This document shows, piece after piece, positions 1 through 14,181 of a DNA stretch of 64,000 bases. The notes beneath the pieces were generated by a model. It did no database searches, was not told the DNA's origin, and saw nothing but the letters and a program-made list of their open reading frames with translations. Position 1 is the stretch's first letter. Every line of letters begins with the position of its first letter. Source of the DNA: Callorhinchus milii (lineage: Eukaryota); the NCBI RefSeq assembly GCF_018977255.1, contig NW_024704743.1:18664001-18728000 (forward strand). Direction: 5' to 3'. Made by a program: the position numbers and the translations under genes.

Positions 1-1851
1 TTCATATGAATTAAGTATTTTCCAATTAAGTTGCTAAGCAATGAGTGTTTCAGTACTTTGTATACAGGATCAATATTTGAGAGATATTGCCAGTATGCAC
101 AGATTGTCTTCAAAGGGTCTTGTAATGATATCAAAAATCCTTGCATCGCACACCTTCCTTAAAAATCTGTTGTTTGCCTAACTAATACTTTGGACTCTAT
201 TGGACAGCATTGGACAAGATAACACCTGGCACAATGCAGCATGTGCAAAGGTAACGTTCTCTCTAACCAGCTGATTTCCCACAGTTTCTTACAAGGTTTG
301 AATTAATTTCAGTGTCATTATGTACAGTAAACTCCTGATGACTCATCACTCCAAGAGAAAAGGGCTTAGTGTCAAGTTATCTGGTGTGGTGAGTTAGGCA
401 TATGTATAAATACATATATAAATGTGGCTGGGATATTGACAGCATGTTCACTTAAGTGGTAGTGACAAATTAAGCCAGGGTTGAGTTATTAGGTGTTTAC
501 TGTATTTTTTTCCCCCAAAATTACAATTAACTTCTCAAGTTCTCCAGAAACATAGGTGTTTTCATTTATTCAGTTTTGAAAACCCTCTATTGAATGCCTT
601 CAATTTGTTTTCGCATTTTTGTGAGGTTATACATGAATACTTTTTTTGCTTTCATTTTGTTTGCTTTGAAATCATTTCTGGAGTTTTCCTCAGCTCATGT
701 AGCCAAGAAGCAGGAATCAGGAGATTTGATGCTGGCCTGGTGGTGTTTCTCTCGCTGGCTCTCTTTTTAATGGAGAAGCTTAAAATGTTAAAGTGAGACC
801 CTCCCATGCCTGATGGATATTAAAGGTTCCATCCCACTGTTCGAAAAGAAAAGGGAGCTTCTTCTTGTGTCCTGGCCAAGATCTCTTCTCCCCTACCACC
901 CCCCCCCCCCAAGAAAAAATAGTAATTCATTTAATGGCTTTGTCGGTCATTGCTGTGGCCGATTGTCTCCTGTGCTTTCCTGCAAAAAAATAGTCACTAA
1001 CTTTACAGTGAATCCTGTGAAGCGCATTGAGGCGTACTTCTGATGTGAAAGACCCTATATCAAATGTAAGAATTATTATTATTATAAACATCAGACTCCA
1101 CTTGGCATCTTCTCCCAGTGTGGTTGATATCAGAACCTCAGCAGTGCAGGTTCATCATAGCGATGTGAATCCAGGTCCCATGAACCATGTCTTTGGAAAA
1201 AAATGATCATTTGATGGCAAGTACCCATCATGGTTTTGATAGAAGATTCCTGTTTGATATAGATTTTTTAACTAAGTTATGGGCACAATTTTTATTCCAA
1301 AAGTTGAATTCCTTAAATTATTTATCTTAGATGCTCATCAGAAGGATCCTACTGGAATGATTCGTACACGGGACAGTAATTGCTTGTGAAGCTCGTGGAA
1401 ACATTTCAACACAACATTTTTTTAGAAAAACCTTACGTTTGGTATAACATCTTTTATGTTGGGAGGATGTCTCAAAGTGCTTCATAGGAAATATTGTAGA
1501 GTAACTGGTTGTGGGTGAACATGTCAGTCAATTTGTGTACAGCAACATCCCACAAACAGCCACGAGGCGAATGACCAATTTTGTTAGAGGTTTGTTGGCT
1601 ATAAAATCAGGAGAAAACTCTGCTCTCTATTTGAATAGCCCTCATGGGATCTTTAACGTCTGCCAGAACAGCCAAACAGAACATTGATTTAATTGATGTC
1701 AGCCATGACTATATGAGTTCCAAGACCTGATGTTGGGCTTGAATACACAACCTTCTGACTCAGAGGTGAGATGTGCTACCAGTTGAGCCAGGCTGACCAC
1801 ACAATGTAAAGGCTGTTGGAGCGATGAATTTAGTTAGTGCTCATCTTACAT

Positions 1852-2557
1852 TAGAATATACAGCACAGAAACAAGCCATTTGGCCCAACTGGTCTATGCC
1901 GGTGTTTATGCTCCATATGAGCCTCCTCCTGCCCTTCCTCAACTAAGCCTTCAAGCATAACCTTCTATTCCTTTCTCCCTCATGTAACTATTTAGCTTTC
2001 CCTTAAATACATCTATGCTATTTGCCTCAACACTCCTTGTGGTGGCATGTTCCACATTTCCACTCCTCTTGGTGTGAAGAAATTTCTTCTAACTTCCCTA
2101 TTTGATCTATTTGTGACTGTTTTATATTGATGGCCTCTGGTTTTGGTCTCCCCCACAAGTGGAAACATCTTAATATACGGTCAATTCACTTTACCGCATA
2201 TTCTGTGAAGTGCTTTGAGACGTCCAGAAGGTGTGAAAAACGCTGTATCAAATGCAGGATTATTATTATTATCTTCCCCATGTCTACCCTATCAAAACCT
2301 TTCATAATTTTAAAGACCTCTATCAGGTCACCCCTTACCCTTCTCTTTTCAAGAGCGAAGAGTTCAACTATGTTCAGCCTTTCCTGATAGGTATAACCTG
2401 TCAGTTCTGGGATCATCCTTTTGAATCTCCTTTGCACCCTCTCCAGTGCCTCTATATCCCTTCTATAATGTGGGGACCAGAACTGCACACAGTATTCTAA
2501 GTGTGGTCTAACCACGGTTCTATAGCAATTTACCATAACTTCCCTGTTTTTCATTTC
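1852..2557 (-). mobile_element. CR1 LINE 3' fragment interrupted by a SINE tail (2172-2270)
   Basis: Minus-strand peptide RPHLEYCVQFWSP...LERVQRR...RGDLIEVFKI is the CR1 ORF2 C-terminus. The insert is flanked by an ATCTT duplication. Confidence 0.88.
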
Positions 2558-2773
2558 ATCTAACTACAGCAACAAAATTACATTTACACACCACAGTGTA
2601 CCAATGCACTGAAACAAAACAGCTAGACAAGGGAATAATACCTCTGGATTCATGGCATTTGACAAGTCGCAGAAACAGACCATTCGGTCCAAATAGCCTC
2701 TGCCGCCATTTATAACTCCACGTGAAGGTCTACCACCCCCTATTCCCCTCATCTCTTCCCTTCTTCCTGATGT

Positions 2774-3080
2774 GGAGTTCTGTAGCTCAATGGTTAGAGC
2801 ACTCACTTTGCAAGCGAGAGACCTGGGTTCAATTCCCAGCAGGGTGAAACCTTGGGCAAGTTTCCTTACTCCACACGCCTGATGATAATCCCTCAAAAAA
2901 AAAGAATAATAAATTGGTCATTTCAATCTATGACTGTTTGTGGGACACTGCTGTGCGTAATTGGCTGCCGCATTTCGCCCACAAATATATACAGTCAATT
3001 CACTTAACAGTCTATTCTGTGAAGCGCTTTGAGATGTCTAGAAGACGTGAAAAGCGTTATATCAAATGCAAGGATTATAA
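2774..3080 (+). mobile_element. tRNA-derived SINE with Deu-like core, full length
   Basis: A box (tagctcaatgg), B box (ggttcaattcc), core gctgtgcg.aattggctgccgc, and tail aatgcaaggatta. Many copies in the window. Confidence 0.85.
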
Positions 3081-6000
3081 TGTATGCAAGAAGTCTTAAA
3101 TACACTTTACCTGATCTTCATTCTTTTAATCTTGTTTTCCTCCATCCTTTGTGTGTAGTTCCAATCTTCTGTACTGTAACATTCACATTATTTTTACTTT
3201 TATCGTTGGTTTTCATTTCTTTCCTGAATATGCTGATTTGTGTGTGTACTGTTGATGCGTCCATACTCAAATGGTCATTCTCTATACAGGTATTTGTGAT
3301 CTGAGATATTGAGCGTTCAGAATATTGACTGTAAAAGGAATCTTGTCCTCGCCCTTTGTTTACATATTCACACTTATTCCATAGATTCTACACTGGTATT
3401 AAGAAAGACTAATGCTAGAAGGAAAAAAGAAAGAGCTAACAGATGGTTGGTAAGGACAGGAGTTAGTGGGTTGCGATCAGGAGCAGCAATCACAGGCCCC
3501 AAATTACTCCTGGTCTTAAAAAGAATGTGAAAATGCCATCCAAATTAAAGAATTTTCTAGAATTCAGCATGATCTTTGAATGATCTCAAATTTTAAGACA
3601 GCGGACTTGAGGCTCAGACCAGGAAAAGTTTGATCCCTCTCTTGCCCAATAGCGATGAAGCCAATTGTGCTGCTCCTACAGCCACACTGGTAGAGGTCAA
3701 CTAAGTCTGTGTGTCCTATTTCATTCCAGGCACTGACCGCACCAATTGGACCATATTATTTCCTTCTAGCATTTGTGATTGGAACTTTCTTCATACCAGT
3801 GGAGAATCAATGGAGTTAGTTAAGAGAGGTTTATGAACAATGGGGACGGTAAACAAGAAAGAAGAAACAACTTTTTATAGCATTTTTAGAGTATTAGAAT
3901 ATTTCAAAATGTTTTATGGTAATTAGAGTTGAATCCAATTATTGTTTTTGTAGACACCCATGGGGCAGCCATTTTTGCATACAGCACCAAGTAGCCATGA
4001 GTTGAACGACATAACTCAGGACACTGGGAAAAATTCCTTTCTTTTGCCATGTCGAATTGAAAACAGACAGATGTTTCAGTTGAACATTTCATTCAAATGA
4101 CAGCACCTTCACCAATGTAGCAGTCTCCCAGGACTGCATTGGGTATCAACCTGGACTGAAGTCTAGACCCGATATGGGGTATGAAACCACAATCTGACCG
4201 AAAGCAAATAGGCTACCATACTATCCAAGATGACAACTAGCTTGCCATTCCAGCTTAAAGCAGGAGTGTTGTGCAGATCAGCAGTGGAAAATTCATTCAG
4301 GTATAGATACGTTATGTAGCACATCACAAACTATTAGATTGAGTCTTAACTGTAGAATGTTCTTAAAATGTCCTCAATTGAAAGCAGGCAGACATTTTCT
4401 GGAGGAGAAAATGGAGTTTCATGATGCGGAGGTGGTGACCTTGGCGCTAGTTTATAGTTTGAAACGCTTGCAATATTCCAGTTCAAACAGTTGGTACACT
4501 TGTATTTTCAAATGAATAAAGTGGATTTCCAGAAGCTGGTAAGAAAAGAGGAAGAATCCAAGGACCATTGGTGTGTTGTGTTATTGTGACGACATTTGAT
4601 AGTGAGTTTGAAATGGGCTCTGTTGTGGGAGATGAAAACTGGTTGTCCTTAGGAAGAATGTAATGTCTGCGAATTTTTTTCTTTTAATGGCAAATTGACT
4701 GTTGCAGAAGTTAACAGGATGACTGGGCCGAAACCACAGAAGTGCTTAGCTCGCCCCCATCTATTGCACTTTGTAAATGGAATATTGAACCTTAAGTAAC
4801 GAATATTGCCTTTTCAAGTCAATATTTTAACGACAAGAACAAACTTGCATTTTTATAGCACCACCTCATATCAAAGGGCTTCACAGTTCAAGTTAATTTC
4901 AGTCAAGTGCAGTGCCTGTTCTTGTGGGCCAGTCAATGCGTCCCATAAACAGCCTTGAGGTGAATGATTCATTCCTCTGGATGATTGTTGACTAAGTCAT
5001 CAGGCGAAATGCCTTTAACTTTTTAAGCAGTGTCATGTGATCCTTAAAGTCCACCTATATAAGCAGAGGGTGACCTCAGTTTAATGTTTCATCTGAAAGG
5101 CAACACTAGTTGTTAACCAAGATTTCCAATGCCTGTTTTCAGGTGGACGAATGCCCTGGATGACAATCCCCCGGTGCTATGAGGTCAAGTCACGACTTAG
5201 GGCTTGAAGCGTTCTGATGCAGAGATGAGAGATGAGTGCTCAACTAAGCCAAGCTGTTCCTGTACAATATATTTTTATATAATTGTCTTTTTTGCAGGAT
5301 GGGTATTTTCACTACTTATAGTTTGAAACACTTGCAATATTCTAATTCAAACAATTGGTACATTTGTATTTTAAAGTGAATAAAATCCTTCACTTATTCT
5401 CAATTGCCCATTTTTATTTTCTTTTTTCTCGTTTTGCTCTTCTATCTGTTTTAACACCCCTACCCACCAACAGGATTTTAGCTTACTTTGCAGCCTACAA
5501 ACGTTTATTTTGGAAGTAGCAGACTGTATGAAATCTTCAACAAGAAATGGGCCAAGACAACATTTGGGATTTGCGACAGACTATCCAGGAGAATCCTAAT
5601 TTATTCCCCAAATTAGAAGGTGAGTTAGTAAAGGAGATAGTACTCCTGGGCGGTCAGAAGTCCTTCCCACTTAGGCATTCTTCATTTGTCTTGGGCCAAT
5701 CCCAGACAAATGAAGAATGCCCAGGTGAGAAGGACTTTGAGCTTATATAGCATGAGTAAATTGGAAGAAAGTTTTTTGAAGCTTCATCCTTGGTATTGTC
5801 CCACTGAACTCCACTGTGCTATTATTAATGAAATACCCCAAACTAAATAAAAATAATCTGCACTTCCTTACTACAGTAGAACCTTGTTATAACGTACTTC
5901 GTTATAGTGTGGGAGTTGCTTTTAGCAGGATTGACTTGTGGATGCTGACATTTACTTGCTAAAGAATTCAAAATGTTAATAAAAAGCCAGCCAGATCACT

Positions 6001-6119
6001 TCATATTGCACTGTCGCGCTTCAAGCTGTGGCTGTGGTTCACACGAGTCTGCTTGATGGTGGGTTTTGAAGCTACATCATGATTTGAAGTGTGATGGAGC
6101 CAGATGGTATTTTGGATGA

Positions 6120-7625
6120 GTATGCAGTGACATAACTGGCCACTTTGACTTACTCCAAAGTCATCCTGGAGGCAAACAACAATCCAAAGACGCTGTTTTC
6201 CACCGTCCATCACCTTTGTGCACCCCCTCAAGTCCCTTTTATCCTCACATCAAACACCAAGTGCGATGAGGTCCTAGACTTCTTCACTTCAAAGATTGAA
6301 AACATCCGCTTGGCTGCATCATTTTCCTCCGCTGTTATCACACCCCTCCTCAAAAAAAAAAAACCCACCCTCGATCCCTCTAATCTCTTCACACTACTGT
6401 CTCATTTCCAACCTATGCTTCCTTGCCAAAGTCCTGGAACCCATTGTTGCAGGTCAACTTTGATCACACCTTTCCCTCCACTTTCTCCTCGAGTCCCTGC
6501 AGTTTGTTTTTTGCCCTGCCCGCAGCACAGAGACAGCACTTATCAAAATCACAAACAACGCCCTCTCTATCTGTGACCAGGGCTCCCCTCTGCCTCCTCG
6601 TCCTCCTGATCTCTCTGCTGCATTCGATACAGTTGACCACGGCATCCTCCTCCACCGCCTCCTCCCTCATCCACCTTAGTGGGACCGCACTTGCATGGTT
6701 CGAGTCCTACTTAACAACCAACCGCCTCGATTTCATTTTGGCAAATGGTTTCTCCTTCCGCTCCTGTCCGGTCACCTATGAGGTACTCCAGGGCTCCATC
6801 CTTGACCCTCTTCCTTATCCATATGCGCCCTCTGGGCGATGTCATCCGTAAACACGGGGTAAACTTCCACATGTATGCGGATAACACACAAATCTACTTT
6901 GAATCCTCCAGTACCAACTCCAAGTCTGTCGATGTTCTATGAGCTTGTCTGGTAGACATCAGGTCCTGCAAACTTCCTGCAGCTGAACACTCCTTGGTTC
7001 CCGTCAACGTCTTCACTCCTGCGGATCTGAACTTGTCAACCTCCCTGGGCTCTCCCTCAGACTCACCGAACCAGTGCACAATCTAGGCATCCGGTCCAGC
7101 CCCCAGCTGTACTTCCTCCCCACATCCGATCCCTGAGCAGCACCGCCTTCTTCCACCTCCACCGCATTGCCCGCCTCCGACAGTACCTTACCCCAAATGC
7201 AGCTGAAACTCTCGTGTATGCGTTTGTCACCTCCCGCCTGGATTACTCAAACGCAGACTCACCAAGTCTCCCCAGTTCCACTATTCAAAAGATCCAGCTC
7301 ATTCAGAGCTCTGCCGCCCACATACTGACCTGGATCAAACTCTGTACCTGCATCTTACCAGTTCTGGCCAGGGTCCACTGACTCCCTATCACCAAACGGA
7401 TCGACTTCAAGATCCTCACGCTTGTGTTCAAATCCCTTAACTCTCTGGCACCTGCCTATCTTTCTGACCTCCTCACTCCCCAATCCACCACCCGGCTCCT
7501 CTGCTCGAAACTCTGGTACACTCTCGCTCAATCCTTCCACTTTGCTCCCTTTCTCCCCTTTTTCAAGACCCACCTGAAAGCCTTCCTCTTCGATGGTGCT
7601 TCAGCCACCTCCCCTACCGCCTTAT
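6120..7625 (+). mobile_element. L2 LINE ORF2 fragment, frameshifted
   Basis: NNPKTLF, HLSGTALAWFESYL, RT motif YADNTQIY, and HLKAFLF. Boundaries approximate. Confidence 0.88.
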
Positions 7626-7773
7626 AATGGGGGTTCTGCCGTAATCCTGCCAAGCTCACTCCTTCAGAATTTTTGTGAGCATTTAAAGAGATAGCTTGCA
7701 CATTAATTCACAATATTCTCTGAATAGAATTGTGTTTTCAGTGGTTAGGCTAAATCTTTTTTAAATTAAATAA

Positions 7774-8013
7774 AATAATAATAATAATCCTTGCATTTCA
7801 TCTTGCGCTTTTTACGTCTTTAGACATCTCAAAGTGCTTCACACAATATACTGTGAAGTGAATTGAATGTATATTTGTGAGCGAAACGCAGCAGCCAATT
7901 GCGCACAGCAGTGTCCCACAAACAGTCGTGGGTTGAAGTGACCAATTGTTTTTTTTTCTTGAGGGATTGTTATCACGCATGTGAAGTAAGGAAACTTGCC
8001 CAAGGTTTCGACC
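7774..8013 (-). mobile_element. Same SINE family, head truncated
   Basis: Reverse complement of the core and (TTA)n tail. Confidence 0.8.
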
Positions 8014-8599
8014 AGCCGGAGTGCTATAGCACTCCACAAAATAGTCTGCTTTCCACAGTGTTGTGAAAGAGAATGCCTTTGGGAGTCAGCTTGGCTCAGC
8101 AGTAGCATTTTCACCTCTTGAGCCGGAAAGCTTTGGTTCAAATCCCACGATAGGACTTGGAATTTACATAGTGTAAGATAACGCTCCCGGCAGCACTGGG
8201 GTGGGGGTGGGATTGCATTGAAGTCCCATCTGCTTATTCAGCCTTTTTCAATACCCCACCTTCAGCCACTTTGCTTTGTTTCCTGATGTTACATCATACT
8301 TCATTGCGGGAGAACTAGGAGTGCCACTTTGGTTTGTCTTTCATAACTAGATTTTTTCATATTCACGCAAGTGTCTCACCCTCAGCTGTCATAACTGGAT
8401 GTCGTAATGGAAAGAGGATAGGGTAGGGATTGTGAAAGAATGAAGTCAACTGAACTGAAAGACCTTTGCTATCATACTTTTCTGGTGCTATCTTATGATT
8501 GTGATAACTCCTGTTGACGGAGCAGGTATAATTTGAGAGTATGCTTCCCTTTTAAATTAATTAGTGCATTGTCGAGACCTACAGGACACATGGATTAAA

Positions 8600-8900
8600 A
8601 GCAGAATGCAAAGCTCAACTGTGAGAAATCGAATTGCTGAGTTCTGAATTCATTGTGAATCTCTGGAGAGCAAAGCTCCATATGCCAGTAATGCCAATTG
8701 GAAGAATCTATTCTCGAGGCGATGAAGACATCGATAAAGGATTCAGTAGCGTTGTGATTCAGTTCCCAATAAGTCAGGCAATGGGCATTTTTCAGGAAAG
8801 AAAGACATATCAAACTACAATAACGTAGTGCATTGAAGAAATATTCTGTGGAGGGCACTGATTTGAGATGGACATGAGTTTTGTATTCATTTTCCAGCAG
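8600..8900 (-). mobile_element. Very old L2-like ORF2 remnant
   Basis: Minus-strand peptide NATESFIDVFIASRIDSSN resembles the L2 motif AETLVHAFVTSRLDYSN seen at about 16210. Boundaries uncertain. Confidence 0.45.
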
Positions 8901-11534
8901 TGTGTGCTGCTTGCCATTTTGCCAATTAGAGAAGGAAGGTTGGTGTGTCTTCCACTTTGTCAGAGGTAGGGTGGGGCAAGACACTGGTCAGTCTCATTCT
9001 TTTGTCACCAGAGTGATCTAACGCAATTTGACCTACTGTATTGTCTGTCTGACTAAATTGTTGTTGGGTTGTGCCTTGAAGTATTCACTGCTACTATTAA
9101 AATGGTACATTCATAATTTGCAGGAATCAATACGTCAGCTATTCTTGCGCCTTGTATCACTACAGGATAAAGGAATCCTTGAAGACAACTGGCTGGTACT
9201 TGTGAAGCCTGCCCTTTCTCCTCTTGGCTGAGTTGCCATATGCTTGCCTTTGACATTCCAGAAAACTTGAGCATTGCATATGAATGATATGGACACACAT
9301 ATCTGTTGGTGTAAACTGTTATCATAAATAGCCTTGGTGTGAAATTAAACAAACTGGGTCATGCATTAGTTGCAAGTGGATTTGGTGTGAGTTTTTATGG
9401 CAAATAATTACAAACTTGTAACCTTCTGTAGGAAGCTGATGAATACCAAATACATCACATGAAAACACCTTTGAGTTGAGCGTTAGTGTTTGGTGTGTGC
9501 AGAGTATTTGAAAGCTTATTCATTTTCTTAAACTGACTTTATGCTGTCTGCTTCTGCATGTGTCATAGTGTTATTTATAAGTCTGTAAAAGAACATGAAT
9601 TTCACTTTATTTTATTTTCAGTTATCTGTTTTATAGTAATTTTGATTTAACCTAAACTCACTTTACAGTCATCCTTTAGCATTTGGGTTCATGAAATCAT
9701 TCAGATTAACATTTACATAATGTTAGAGACTAAACTCAAACATCGGTGTACTATCTTTGAATTGGAAGCATATATCATTAGCAGCTTAAGATTAAATAAT
9801 TGATGGTTAGGACCAAGGATGGCAGCAATGGGCAACAAGCACAAGCTGAGGACTTTATCCACGGATGAATAAATAGATTCCAATCTACTTATATTAACAA
9901 ATCAAAGATGAATTCAAAATTAAAATGTGATTGTAGTCTATTAAAGTAATGGGCTTTCTGTTAAATAACTAGTTATTTATCTGTTGTGGCAGACACTTGA
10001 AGATTGAGAAATTGTGCTTACAAACTGTTTTGGATTCAGTGGTGTTGAATTTACTGTTACGAAACATGCAGTTGTCGAGACATTTTCATTGATGAACTCT
10101 AGGTGGAACTGAGCTACTGTACTGTACTTATTTGTTGGGCCAAACTTCAGTCAACTGAAAATAACCCAATTATTTTAGAAGGCGCAAACAGCTAGAGGTC
10201 TAACATTTCTCATGATCGTACTTAAGCTATTAACTTAAAATTTAAGATCATGCAAAATTTTGAAGTATTTTAAGTTAAGTCCAAATTAGGAAGGTGGTGC
10301 TTGTTGCATTTTTTTTAAAAGAGCTTTGAGACTTTTCAATGCTATAGATGCTACATCAAATACAAAGCTTATTATTTATTCCCCTGCAAAAGGCAACAAA
10401 GGCTTAAAATAATGTCAAAATATGGAGAGCCAAGGAGTCCCTGGAGCCAATTCCTATTTAAATTAAATAATCTTTACATTAGGACCTTTCACGTCAACAT
10501 GTCTCAAAGCGCTTCACTGGATTCACTATGCAGTTTGTTGGTGAATGCGACAGCACAACATTGTCTCACAAATGGACATAAAATGAATGACCAATTTTAT
10601 TTGGAGAATTGTTGGCCAGTATACCTGGAGAAACTCCCTTCTCTTTTCGAGTATTGCCATGGAATCTTTAACATTCACCTCAAACGGCAGATGGGACCTC
10701 TGTTTACTATCTCTTCCAAACAACACATGTTATGTTTGCTCTTTTTCATTTTCATTGCTCTATTTTTTCCACTTGGAGCCATCCATATCCTTATTACATC
10801 TCACATACGCCTATGCTCTGATTGCCGACTCCCCAGTTCTTTCCTGCACAGGCTGCAGACTATCCAGAACCTTGCTCCGAGAGCCTATCATCTCCATCCC
10901 TGCTCAGCTCAACTGGCTCCTTCCTCCCTGCCCTTCAGCTCTGGTGCACGGCAAGAATTGCTGAGCAAATTTGGGACACACCGAATAGTATGTATCTTGC
11001 TACCACCTGAATCACAAAGTATCAGCTTAACTCAATCGGTAGTACTTTTACTTCTGGATCAGAGCTTAAAGGACTTTGAGCTCAAAATTCAGTTTGATAT
11101 TCCGTGCAATACTGGAGGAGAGCTTCATTGTCCTTTAGATGAGATGTTCAACCGAGGTACTCAGTGCTTTTTCAGTTGGTTAATTGGTAGTTTACCTGAT
11201 AGCTTTTTGTGGCATCTTGCTGTGTGCACTTTAGCTGTTGCTTTTGAGTGCAAATGCACGATGGTTTGAAAGCAATTACCTGTGAGATTTGTGATGATTT
11301 AATGTAATCAGAGCCTATAAAATGCAGAGATCATTTACATTAGAAAGCTAAAACTTCTAGTTTTATTAAAGCAAACATCAAATTTTATAGTGCCTATTTT
11401 GTACGAAGGAATCTATCTAGGGAAAGCATGGAAAGGATAGGAGTTATACAAGTAATGTAGCCATGTATGCAAGATATTCATGCATACATAAAATCTTCTG
11501 CACACCAGATTTTATTGTATTTGACATGCCTTTT

Positions 11535-12058
11535 AGGCTCCACCCAACTCTCCCTCCATAGGCTCCAGGTCATGCAGAATTCTACAGCCAGTGTCCTCTC
11601 CAGCACTAGGTTCCGTGATCCTATCACTTCCATCCTCGCCCGACCTCTCTGGCTTCCCATCACACAGAGGAACAAGTTCAAGCTCCTGGTCCTCACCTTC
11701 AAAGCCCTCCATGGGCTTGCTCTCCCCACCTCTGCGACCTCCTAACCCCCTACCAACCTGCCGCTCTGATCTCCATCACGTCCCCCGCCTGCCTGCCCCA
11801 CCATTGGTGGGTGAGCCTTCACCCACTCTGCCCCCACCCTCTGGAACTCCATCCCTCAGTCCCTCTGCCTCACCCCCTTCCTCGACCCATCTCAAGACCC
11901 TCCTCTTTGACCGTGCCTTTGATCACCCTCCTTTTCCCCCTGTCCTCTACCCTCCCCGATCCTGACCCCCAGCTTGGGTCTGAAACACTGACTGTCCAGC
12001 ACCTTGGGACGTCCTCCCAACGTGAAAGGCGCTATACAAATGTAACTGTTGTTGTTGT
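11535..12058 (+). mobile_element. L2 LINE 3' fragment
   Basis: LHRLQ..QN..A..L, FKLLVLTFKALHGLA, and a stem-loop tail ending (GTT)n. Confidence 0.85.
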
Positions 12059-13339
12059 AGCCTAGTGTGGCTCTTATAAGATCAGTGTTTCAGGAAGAGG
12101 AATATTAGGAATATATAGAACTAGCTTTACCCGTTGCAGCTACGCTTGCAACCAAAGGATCCAATATGGAATGTAGATTGACAGACAGACATTTCATCTT
12201 TGTCTATCCTCCCTTTTGGGAGGACTCCTTTTGGGAAGACGCAGCGCTTAAAAATGTAATTTTGTTGTCGCCGCGGCTTAGCCTTGTCTGTGTTCTTCGT
12301 TTTGTTCCCGCCACTTAGCTACGTGCCTGCTCTGCCACAGGATGCCACAGCGCCACGGTCATCTGGCCGGCCACCAGGTGCAACTGCAGTAAGTGGGTAC
12401 ATACGTAGGTGCTCTGTGATGTATGATGTCACAGCGCCACTTTGACTTGGTGGCCACCAGGGGTAATTGCAGCAAAAAAACACAAAATGAAAATAACTTG
12501 TGAATGATAGGAGATACCCCAAAACAAATATGCCCATCTCACTCCCAGATACAAGACCTTTCCCACGAGGTATAAATCATGTCTCTAAATCAATTGGTTA
12601 CTGAGATCCTTCTTGAAGCACAGACAGAAATTGCCATTTTATTGGTATATAGATATATACTTATAATATTGCTGAGTGCGAATTGGTTGCCCTGTTACCA
12701 CACGTCACAGTCTAATCCTGTGAAGCACTTTGAAATGTCCTCCTGACTTGAAAGAAGCTACATCTAATGCAAGGATGATGATGATTATTATAAAATGAAT
12801 ATAGGTAGCATCGTTCATTCACAAATTTAGAACGTAATGTGGTCACCTTTTAGCAAATGGGTCAGAATATGTCATTGGTTACTTCTCGTTGGTTCCATAA
12901 TTCCACACCATGCCTCCACTGAGATTGGGAATGGTATGAGAGGTCTCTGGGACACATTCTGTGCCTTAAAGTGGTCTACTGTTGCTTTGGCTGGGTGATC
13001 TGCTTTTACATTTTATCTTTTGACAAGCATACTTTTTGTTTCCTTTTTTTGTGTACATTATCTGTTTAAGAATTTAGGCTTTATTTTTTATTTTTTGGTC
13101 CAAGTGTCTGATAAGAATTAATGACTGCTGGCCAGACAATCAGAATCTTAAATCTTGCTCGATCACGCACAATTAAGTTTACAGTTTTTATATAGTGCTG
13201 ACAGGAAAATTCCTTTGTGCTACTGTCATCGGCAGGAGAAGTGGCCAATGTGGACGGAGTTCACGTTGTGAGCGTGTGACTCAGGAACATGAGACCAAAG
13301 ACTGACTACTCCTACATGTTTATATGTACAGGGAATTTC

Positions 13340-14181
13340 GGGTCCCTCGCACTTCCCGCCCCACCATTGGTGGTCAGGCATTCAGCATCTGGCCCCACAC
13401 TCTGGAACTGTATCCCGCACATCCCTCCGCCTCACCCCCTCTCTTGTCTTTAGATGGAGCTTGAAGTAGACCTTCCTCTTCGACCATGCCTTCGGCCACC
13501 CTCAACCCTCCTGCCCCCCCCCCCCCCGCCGACCCCAACTGCCAGCTTGGTTCCAAAACCCCTGATCGTCCAGCTTTCTAGGACTTCTTTCTGACGTGAA
13601 GGGTGCTATACAAGTGTAACCCTCATACACACATTCATAACATCCAGGGTTGACTATGCAAACTCCCTGCTTGTTGGCCTCCTAAACTCCTCCCTCCATA
13701 GGCTGCAGATCATCCAGAACTCTGTGTCCTTGCCGTGATCCTATCACCCCATCCTCGCCCGACTCCACTGGCTTCCCATCACACAGAGGATGCGGTTCAA
13801 GATCCTGGTCCTCACCTTCAAAGCCCTCCATGGCTTTCCTCGCCCCTACCTCTGCCACCTCCTTACCCCGTACCAACCTGCGGGCTCCAGCCTGCTTCAC
13901 GTCCCCCGCCTCACAAGCCCCACCATTGGCCCCCACCCTCTGGAACTCTAGTCCGCATCGCTCTGCCTCGCCCCTCCCTTGCTTCCTTCAAGACCCATCT
14001 CAAGACCCTCCTCTTTGACCGTGCTTTCGATCACCCTCCTTCCCCTCCTCCACCCTCCCCAGTCCTGACCCCCAACTCAGGTCCGAAACACTGACTGTCG
14101 AGTGTCTTGGGAAGTCCTCCTGACATGAAAGGCGCTATACAAATGTAATTTTGTTTGTTTGTGTGTAATTTGTTGTTGTTG
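13340..14181 (+). mobile_element. Two tandem L2 3' fragments
   Basis: Two successive L2 tails (about 13560-13620 and 14090-14181). Confidence 0.8.

Noticed and set aside
2774..2846. tRNA-Ala-like gene (also at 22810, 33602, 39766 and 49504)
   Set aside because: Each continues into the SINE body or tail and lacks a proper acceptor stem and T-run terminator. They are SINE heads, not tRNA genes.
10412..11269. 285-aa ORF
   Set aside because: It is a patchwork of antisense SINE sequence and an L2 fragment (LHRLQTIQN), with no coherent domain.
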